From: Chrysomallon squamiferum | Lineage: Eukaryota > Animalia > Mollusca | Length of the DNA stretch: 64,000 nucleotides | Direction: 5' to 3' | Assembly (NCBI GenBank): GCA_012295275.1 | Contig: CM022670.1 | Coordinates: 25,482,001 to 25,546,000 of the forward strand | Part shown: piece by piece, positions 53,944 through 64,000 of the stretch | How positions within the stretch are numbered: the first letter of the stretch is position 1 | Layout: every line of letters starts with the position of its first letter | Made by a program: the position numbers and the translations under genes | Notes under the pieces: model-generated | Told to the model about the DNA's origin: nothing | The model's database searches: none | The model's input: the letters and a program-made list of their open reading frames with translations, nothing else

Positions 53944-55101
53944 TTAGTTTCCCACTGTAGAAGTAACATTATGATACAACACTATTGGATTCACTTCATT
54001 TTTCATTTCAGGTCCAACTTGAGACACTGCTGCGAACCACATCTTTTCGACGGCTTCGATTTTTTTCCCAGCAAGCACAGCCAAATAAGAACAGTTTCTG
54101 GTTTTCGTGTAGCAGTCGAGACCAACATTTAACTTCATGACCGCGATTGGCAGAATGCTCTCAAATGTCACATTACCCACCTTGTTTGGAAGCATTCCAA
54201 ACAAGTAAAGATCATCTATCCAAAAGAACGGAGTTATGTAAGCAGCTTGATATAGCGGATATATTAGGTCACGCGATATAAGAACTAGGTAGCCCATGCA
54301 ATAGTGAAATGGATATTTGACATAGCCACGAAATATTTTCTTGTCCACAACCCATTTACTTTTCCTTCTGTGGATGGGGTTGGTTCCTTTCTTTCGAAGG
54401 GGACAAAACATGGAACGTTTTCTCGAAATTAATTTCGGATAAAACTTGTCCATTAGAATGAAAACGTTGAGAAATATGTCGTCGTCTACTTTCACAATCA
54501 TTTCGGCTTCTTGACAAAATTCATGTGTCCATCTCAAAGCTAGAACTCCTTTGTGAGTCAGATTGTGATATGTGTCAAGGAAATTTCCCTGCACAATATC
54601 ACCATACACAACACTTTCTTTTTCTATCAGCTTCTGAATGTTTTGGTTCTTTGGTATTCCAAAGAAAAACACTATCCTGAACTGAAATTTCGGAAATATA
54701 TTTCTGTTGGCCCACGTTTCTCGAATTATTCTGCGATTTCTAACATTTGTCGTCGCACTGTGGACAATGATTAGAAACTTTAAGTTTGTCACATTTACAC
54801 AGATACTGGGATTGTTTATTATGTAAGGTGATTCGAGAGTCAGTGCATACTGTGTTCGCTTTAAGATTTTTATGAAGCTAGAAGTTTTAATTTCATTTTC
54901 TTTTGCAGTGGCTACTCTTTTGACAGTATCATTTAACACTGTTACATATGGAATACTATTTACCTTCAAAAGGAGGTGTTTCAACATATATTTGCTGTTG
55001 AGAAATATATATCTATCTTTAGTATAAAGTGAAAAATAATTCATTATCAATAATAGCAGTATGAAGGAGATAACGAAAGGAATTCCTTTGGTCTGTACCA
55101 T
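53944..55101 (-). CDS. GT31 beta-1,3-galactosyltransferase-like protein, type C (385 aa, intact)
   Basis: ATG at 55101 (the track's start at 55107 is TTG). All GT31 motifs intact: KVDDD, SKW, YPFHYCMG, FWIDDLY. Confidence 0.95.
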   Translation of the reverse strand: MVQTKGIPFVISFILLLLIMNYFSLYTKDRYIFLNSKYMLKHLLLKVNSIPYVTVLNDTVKRVATAKENEIKTSSFIKILKRTQYALTLESPYIINNPSICVNVTNLKFLIIVHSATTNVRNRRIIRETWANRNIFPKFQFRIVFFFGIPKNQNIQKLIEKESVVYGDIVQGNFLDTYHNLTHKGVLALRWTHEFCQEAEMIVKVDDDIFLNVFILMDKFYPKLISRKRSMFCPLRKKGTNPIHRRKSKWVVDKKIFRGYVKYPFHYCMGYLVLISRDLIYPLYQAAYITPFFWIDDLYLFGMLPNKVGNVTFESILPIAVMKLNVGLDCYTKTRNCSYLAVLAGKKIEAVEKMWFAAVSQVGPEMKNEVNPIVLYHNVTSTVGN

Positions 55102-55361
55102 TTTCAATTCATTTATTTAACACAGAATGCAAGTTGTATTAATTTAATTTTTTCATTAGTATTCTTTCTCCGGTTTACAGCAGTCGAATCTGTAAATAAA
55201 AAGAAAAAGAAAGTAATTTCTATAGAGTCTCTTGTATTACAATGCGCTCACTGTTTTTTTTATTACCATCATTTTCAGACACATATAGGTGTATAAATGT
55301 TGTTATTTTATGACTACAATTAATGTGAATATTAGAACAACAACAACAATAACAAGAATAA

Positions 55362-55392
<31 letters not shown>

Positions 55393-58300
55393 ATACATTT
55401 TTTGTCTCTAACGAAAATAACACCGACATATATAGGTTTATTGGAAAGAAACTCGACTCTACTTAGTGTTGTATTAGACACTGGTTATAGTCAACCAAAA
55501 TATATCATAAACGATGACTCGTTCTTAAAAGCAGGACAAAGAATTAGTTTAATTCTATTATGGCACTGGCAGGCTTTCCACTCCTACACAAATAAGTTTT
55601 ATAAACAAATGGAAGTGATTGTTTCTTGTTCACGTGCTAGAAAGGGGTTAAGGATCTGGCTGTGATCTGTTTGTGATCAGTTACAAAACAAAATTAATGA
55701 CATAGCGTTTGTGAACTTGTACAATTATAAAACTGTAACATGCTTTTTATTTTTTACTTTTCATTTATTTTTTCCTATAGACAAAATAAAGCGTCTACAT
55801 TATAAAAAAGTATCTTTTACTATAAAGAAATGTTAACCTTGTATATAATAAAGTTCTGTATCTGTGTTAACATAAAAAGTATATATAAAAAGTATATATA
55901 ATAACAGCATTTGTTATTTAGTCACAGTTATGTACTTAAATTATATGCTGAAAAAATCATTAGTGCACAAAATTCCATTTTTAAAGTATGATTAAACAGC
56001 AGAAATAAATTGTTCAATCATGTATTACTGCCTTAGAGCAAATGGAGTAAGCAGACTTTTTCAAAGGATTTTGGCTTTTCATCCAGCTTAATTTGCATCG
56101 CAATATTACAATGAACAATATATCATATAAAGCTGAAGGTAATATTTTCTCTTGAAAATTATTTCTTTCAATTTTTACAACCTAGGATAGGACTGTTGAT
56201 TCTTTTTTTACCCTTAAAGTTTAGGGAATATTTGTGGAGTGTTTATATATTTTATATATTTTTATTTTTTGTAATGTCACTAAACTAGATTTTTTTTTTA
56301 ATTATACTATAAAATTTTATTTTAAAAAGTCACTGGGGATCATCTTTTTATATAATTAATTTTTCTCTTGTTTTTATTTTTTTTTATTATTATTATTTTG
56401 TTTTATTATTATTTATTATTTATTTATATATTTAGTTGTTTGTATTGATTGTTTACAAAGAGTATCTTAAATCTTGTAATGTACACTGGCCACGACATCA
56501 TCATGCAGATGGTTCCTCAGAGTCATCAGTATTTCAAATACTGAAGAAAATTTAAATAAAACTATTTATACAGGATATTTATATACGTATGTGAGTGCAT
56601 GTGCGTGTTCCTCTGCTTGTCTGAGTGTGTTTTATAATGTTTAAACGTATTATTATGGCTTTATAAAACTTTAAGGTTAAGAATTAAAAACATTTGTTTT
56701 TACATGATGGGAGGTGGCCAAGTTTCTCGTATGTTATTTATAGATTTTGTTTACTTTGATCTGGATTATGACCGGAAAAATGATTGTATTCAAGCTGGCA
56801 AACCGCAAGAAGGGTTCTTGTTCCTAAAACACGTCACTATCATTTCTCACTAACACATAAATGCTTATATGTAGTGTATGTAATGTATATATTTCTATAA
56901 ATTAAAGGTAAACGTAAATTCTTCGCATAGTGGAATTATTTTATAATAAAGTATTGGTTTCAAATAGGTTTCAAATATCTCCGCATATTAAAAAAATAGC
57001 CTAGCAGTGAATCATCCGTCTACTTAGATTTTAAAAACTGTTTATACTGGTAAAGAAAAAAGAGTGTTAACGTAACAAACTGTATGCATTATATATTATA
57101 ATCATGGCGTTCTCTTTGGTGTCGTGTTGTTGATGCACAACCACAGGACAAAAAAGTGAAAAATATATATACGTATATTTAAATTTAGAAAAAGAAAAGA
57201 ACTTTTTCCCCATTTTGAATTATAGAGAGCTTGTAAGGAAGTTTCTAACCAGGCGATGTAACAATCGCCGATTTTTTAATTTTTTTTAATCATTTGCTTA
57301 CGCAAGATATTGCACGTAATTTCAAACAAATGCAACATTCTATAAAACAAATCGAATTATTTCAAGTTTTGCGAAGTCTTTTATTATGAGAAGTGATTAC
57401 TAATCGCATGAAAACTAAAATTATCTTGATTACTTTGTAATCAAATTTCTTTCACGAGCAGTCTAAATTTCCTTACGTTTTTGTTAATTTTCGTCTTTCG
57501 CTCTCTCTAGTTTCTTTCAAACTAAAGATTAAGGAAACTCTGTTGTATAAAACTAGGCTTTTAAGATTTTGTTGTTTTCAGTATGATACAATCTCAGGCA
57601 ACAAGTCGATGTATATATGTCAAGAATGCCCGTAAAGATTAACTTGTATATTATGTACATTCTGTGATGTCGATTATTTTACTTATAAAATAAATAAATA
57701 AATAAACAAAGTAATTAAGTATAAAAATAATAATTATAATAAACGGTATCTGTAACAATGAATAATAATTATAATAAAAGGGTATCTGTAACAGTGACAC
57801 TATTCATAATAAAATATCATTAGTTATATAATTATGAAAAGAAAAAAGGTTTATAAAATAAATCATTTTAGAACTCTATATTATCGTATTGTTTAAAATG
57901 AATATCTAAAATCTTGTAATGTACACTGGCCAGAACATATTCGTGCAGATGGTTCCTCAGAGTCATTACTATTTCAAATACTGAAGTAAATTTAAATAAA
58001 ACTGTTTATTTACACAATATATATATATATGTATGTGAGTGTATGTGTGTGTGCATGTGTGTTTCTGAGTGTGTGTGATAATATTTAAACGTATTATTAT
58101 GGATTTATAAAACTTTAAGGTAGAGAATTAAAAACATTTGTTTTTACATGATGGCAGGTGGCCAAGTATCTCGTATGTTATTTAAAGATTTTGCTTACAT
58201 TGATCTGGATTATGACCGGAATAATGATTGTATTCAAGCTGGCAAACCGCAAGAATGATTCTTGTTCTTAAAACACGTCACTGTCATTTCTCACTAATAC

Positions 58301-59064
58301 ATAAATGCTCATTTGTAGGCCAAGCTACATATTCATAACGCAGTGGACTGTATTCTCACTCGTAGAGTTAATTGTATAATAATTAATGTTACTTGTTTGA
58401 TGGTTAATATATCCTGACAGCTGACACAAAAGTGGAATATTCTGAATATTACAACGGTCAGTATATCACAATAAAAATTCACACGAAAGCAAAATAGTAG
58501 AGTAAAGCCTTCAACACACGACACATACACAGGCTGAGGATCCCATATCCAAAATCCAAACATCAGAAAAGCTCCGAAATCTGGGATAAAATAATCTATA
58601 TTTTCTATGGATACATGTACTTTTTTGCCTATTTTGTATGTATAGAGTGTATATGTCAGAAATGTAAATTATCGGAAACCTACGTAAAACACGTAAACAC
58701 GTATGATATGTATGTATGTATGTATTTGCGAGGCTTTTCTGTATTTATACACACGTGTGTATTTAAGCACTAACATGATAAGATCTTAGTCAAACTCCTC
58801 CTTTATTTTTTGCACAATAAATTTAATTACAGATTAATATTTTGTATGAAATAACTACTGATAAACTAAAATAGACGCATGAACAAAGTGTTCGACCTTC
58901 AGGTTGAAGAAGGGTGCGAAAATCACACTGATATTTTATACAATGTGGATATTAATTCACTACTTATTTGTCCTTTCATTCCGCTGAACGATGACGAGGT
59001 CATTGTGCCTTCGTTAGACCTAAACACTTCGACTCTCACACTCTGTGCGCGTATATATGTATCA

Positions 59065-59119
<55 letters not shown>

Positions 59120-59635
59120 AGGAAAATCAGTTATTCTAAAGATTACATCTTGAATGGAATGACTTTCACGCGCGGGGCTGTGCTGCATTTATTTATTTAC
59201 TTATTTTTTGAAATTATTTATTTATTTATTTATTTTAAAAATACATTTTTAAAATAACTAGGATATTGAGGACGTCCATGGGAGTGTAAAATGACACGTG
59301 TATTTCCACACACGATGAATCTGATTAATCTATGAAATATGTGAATAAACGGGAAGTTTAGAAACACACATTTGTCACTCAAGTAACCTATCCACTGTAA
59401 AATTTTATTGTAATTTTATTTAAAGATCTTTTCACCTGTTCGGAAATCTCATTTTATAAATGCATCATATACATAAAGCACATCTCAGAAACCACATCCC
59501 ATATACAAAAAAAATCCACTGCGCCTTTTTTGAATAATAAATTATTATTCTTGGGGAAAAAATAAATAATATTTAAAAAATAACACTAATAACCACAACG
59601 ATAACAGCAACAACAACAGCAGCAGCAGCAGCAGC

Positions 59636-59671
<36 letters not shown>

Positions 59672-59784
59672 AATAATAATAATAATATTAATAATAAAAC
59701 AACTTCCTAAATCACAGCAACACAACAATAATAATTATAGGATAATGAAATATTTATCTTTTTAGAAATCTAAAATAAAATTAA

Positions 59785-60187
59785 TGTACATTTTCGAAAG
59801 AAAGGTCCTAGTCCCATTGTAAGAGGAGTGAACAAATTTCGGGATTATGCGCATTATCCTACCAACTACTGTAATGGCTACCTTGTATTGATAGCACGTG
59901 ACATCATACGGCCATTGTATCGAACATCATAATTTACTCCCTTCTTCTGGGTTGACGATATTTACCTGTACGGGTTACTTCCAGATAAAATACTCATGTT
60001 CACTATGAAGATATCTGTTCGAATATGATGTTAAATTTAAATCAAGGACTTAAAAGTTTCAAATTAAGAATACTTGGCAGTAAATGGTGGGGGAAAAGAA
60101 AGCGCGGTTGAGAACATTAGGTACGCTCTTCTATCACAGAACAGTCCTACAGAGGGAAAAGAAGTCAATCCCATAGAACTTTTATAA
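59785..60187 (+). pseudogene. GT31 type B C-terminal remnant (copy 6)
   Basis: Shares the TCA TAA stop and 5' junction with copy 5; keeps a degenerate C-terminus (KEVNPIELL*). Confidence 0.85.
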
Positions 60188-61480
60188 AAGCATCACAACT
60201 ATAAATGTTAAATGTTACACTGAAGTTCTTGAATTTTACTCACCAGCTAAAGGGATGGTTATTTTCAGATATATAATATTACGTAAACCTCAAACATACA
60301 TTATTTAATTGTGACAGTGTATAAAACTGTATCTTTGTTAACTAATCTTTCGCTAATAATAAAGCGTGCCAATACATTTTTGATTTTATGTTTGCAGTTT
60401 GCTAAAATATGAAATGAGGTCACAAAAGTATTCATGAGGATTTTATGAGTTTTTTTTAATGTATTTTTGTTTGTTTGTTAGTTTGTTTTTTGTTAATTCT
60501 AAATATTCTTTGATACTGAAGATGAGAGGAACTATGATAATTATACTGTAACTCTTACTATACGGCGGCAATAAATATATATAGAGACTTCATTTGTTTT
60601 GCTCTTCAACAATGAGATAAAAAATATTGATAATAAATTGTTGGGCTATTCAAGGTTTATAGAATCTAAGAAAACATATGTAATAAAGAAATCATGTTTT
60701 GATTATGTTTTATATTATGGTTGAAGTATTTTTGTAACAGTTATTGCGATTAAAATTATGTTACAGAGATAACAGACGTTTTCTTTTATAGGCCTCTTAA
60801 TGTGTCGATAAAAGTCACTCTAACTTGCACAGCTGCCATAATGTTAAATGTGAAATAGTTTTCCATTTTGATATAAAACTTTATATAGATTAAACCGGGA
60901 AAAGAACCAATGCACCAGCGCCTGCTCAGTATAAGTGAAAGATACATTTACTATCCCAAACAGTAAATTGGTAGATCATAATACGAGTAAATAAACAAAA
61001 AGCAAAAAACGCACAGATACTTACTCAAGAATTGAAAGCGTAATTACAAATTCTACCCAGGACAGTAATCACGTAACTTTCTATACCGTTGAAACAAACA
61101 TGGTTCATACCACAGAGCAGAACATGCAAACCAATTAGATCTGTGTACTACAGGGCTCTCATCTGGTTGTTAACAAAAAAATTAATTATGTCTTCCCGGG
61201 ACTTTTATAATTCTACGTCCCGGTAAAAAAATAAAATAGATTTGTCAATACCGCAAAATACCTGTTGTGGCTGTTTTCAAAGGATTCAGAGTAAGTGTGA
61301 ACAGATTAATATTTTGCATTTCATTCATATTTCGTTTAAGAAAACACAACCGCCAGCAACAAAAGCATTAATAATAAAAATATTTAAAAAGAGAACGGTA
61401 ATCCCACGCCCTTGTAAATCTGGAGCATGTTATCAGAAACATAATATTTTTGACAAAACAGACAACAATACAAATACAGT

Positions 61481-61581
<101 letters not shown>

Positions 61582-64000
61582 TCATATAAATACTGATTTT
61601 AACCACACATTTATATTAACAATTATTAAATGTCATATTTTCTCTGAAATATAATAATAACAAAATGATTTAATTTTAATTTTTCAATTTAATTCTTTTT
61701 AATAATTAGAGTATTATTATCAAAAATATTATGTACAGTCTATTATGTACTCCTATTTCTTTCCCACTGTGGAAGTAACATTTTTCATTATAAACATATG
61801 TTTACCTTGTATATAACAACGTTCTGTATCTATGTTAACATAAAACGTATATATTAATTGTTTGTGATATTATATTTGTTATTTAGTCACAGATATGTAC
61901 TGAAATTATATGCTGAAAAAATTATTAGTGCACAAAATTCCATTTTTAAAGTATGATTAAACAGCAGAAATAAATTGTTCAATCATGTATTACTGTCTTA
62001 GAGCAAATGGAGTAAGCAGACTTTTTCAAAGGATTTTGGCTTTTCATCCAGCTTAATTTGCATCGCAATATTACAATGAACAATATATCATATAAAGCTG
62101 AAGGTAATATTTTCTCTTGAAAATTATTTCTTTCAATTTTTACAACCTAGGATAGGACTGTTGATTTTTTTTTACCCTTAAAGTTTAGGGAATATTTGTG
62201 GAGTGTTTATATATTTTATATATTTTTTTTTTTTGTAATGTCACTAAACTAGATTTTTTTTAAAAATCACTCTAATTTATATAATAAAATTTTTTTTTTT
62301 TTTTTAATTATACCATAAAATTTTATTTTAAAAAGTCACTGGGGATCATCTTTTTATATAATTAATTTTTCTCTTGTTTTTATTTTGTTTTATTATTATT
62401 ATTTTTTTATTATTATTTATTATTTATTTATATATTTAGTTGTTTTTATTTATTGTTTAAAAAGAGTATCTTAAATCTTGTAATGTACACTGGCCACGAC
62501 ATCATCGTGCAGATGGTTCCTCAGAGTCATGAGTATTTCAAATACTGAAGTAAATTTAAATAAAACTATTTATACAGGATATTTATATACGTATGTGAGT
62601 GCATGTGCGTGTTCCTCTGCTTGTCTGAGTGTGTTTTATAATATTTAAACGTATTATTATGGCTTTATAAAACTTTAAGGTTAAAAATTAAAAACATTTG
62701 TTTTTACATGATGGCAGGTGGCCAAGTTTCTCGTATGTTATTTATAGATTTTGTTTACTTTGATCTGGATTATGATCGGAAAAATTATTGTATTCAAGCT
62801 GGCAAACCGCAAGAAGGGTTCTTGTTCCTAAAACTCGTAACTATCATTTCTCACTAACACATAAATGCTTATATGTAGTGTACGTAATGTATATATTTCT
62901 ATAAATTAAAGGTAAACGTAAATTCTTCGCATTGTGGAATTATTTTATAATAAAGTATTGGTTTGAAATCGGTTTAAATTTCTCCGCATATTAAAAAAAA
63001 TAGCCTAGCAGTGAATCATCCGTCTACTTAGATTTTAAAAACTGTTTATATTGGTAAAGAAAAAAGAGTGTTAACGTAACAAACTGTATGCATTATATAT
63101 TATAATCATGGCGTTCTCTTTGGTGTCGTGTTGTTGATGCACAACCACAGGACACAAAAGTGAACGCCTACTTACGTATATAAATTTAGAAGAAAACGAA
63201 AAGGATCACTGAATTGTAGCGAGCTTGCAACGAAGTTTCTAACCAAGCGATGTAACAATCACCGATTTTTTAATTTTTTTTAATCATTTGCTTACGCGAG
63301 ATATTGCACGTAATTTCAAACAAATGCAACATTCTATAAAACAAATCGAATTATTTCAAGTTTTGCGACGTCTTTTATTATGAGAAGTGATTACTAATCG
63401 CATGAAAACCAAAATTATCTTTCTTACTTTGTAATCAAATTTCTTTCACGAGCAAGTAAATTTCCTTACGTTTTTGTTAATTTTCGTCTTTCGCTCTCTC
63501 AAGTTTCTTTCAAACTAAAGATTAAGGAAAAACTGTTGTAGAAAACTAGGCTTTTAAGATGTTGTTGTTTTCAGTATGATACAATCTCAGGCAACAAGTC
63601 GATGTATATATGTCAAGAATGCCCGTAAAGATTAACTTGTATATTATGTACATTCTGTGATGTCGATTATTTTACTTATAAAATAAATAAATAAATAAAC
63701 AAAGTAATTAAGTATAAAAATAATAATTATAATAAACGGTATCTGTAACAATGAATAATAATTATAATAAAAGGGTATCTGTAACAGTGACACTATTCAT
63801 AATAAAATATCATTAGTTATATAATTATGAAAAGAAAAAAGGTTTATAAAATAAATCATTTTAGAACTCTATATTATCGTATTGTTTAAAATGAATATCT
63901 TAAATCTTGTAATGTACACTGGCCAGAACATCATCATGCAGATGGTTCCTCAGAGTCATCAGTATTTCAAATAATGAAGTAAATTTAAATAAAACTGTTT

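Overview
Very AT-rich, microsatellite-dense eukaryotic (animal, probably gastropod mollusc; inference) genomic DNA with one 200-N gap (52986-53185). The window is a segmentally duplicated array of GT31 (beta-1,3-galactosyltransferase/brainiac-like, Galactosyl_T) genes whose CDS has no introns. Three subfamilies are present. Type A (- strand) has one intact gene and one disrupted copy. Type B (+ strand) has six pseudogene remnants and no intact copy. Type C (- strand) has four intact copies, one frameshifted copy and three 3'-end stubs. A shared landmark recurs at about 1, 16531, 41716, 57101 and 63106, and type C genes recur about every 6.9 kb at 24.9, 31.7 and 38.6 kb. The array shows birth-and-death turnover, patchwork exchange between paralogs, deletions at microhomologies and (GA)n tracts, and an apparent frameshift plus start-codon replacement at the origin of type C. 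Interspersed are decayed MULE/FLYWCH and integrase-like transposon relics, a Tigger-like MITE, a Helentron/pearl-like insert and a SINE-like relic. No RNA genes or CRISPR arrays are supported. All homology calls come from motif recognition by eye, not from database searches.
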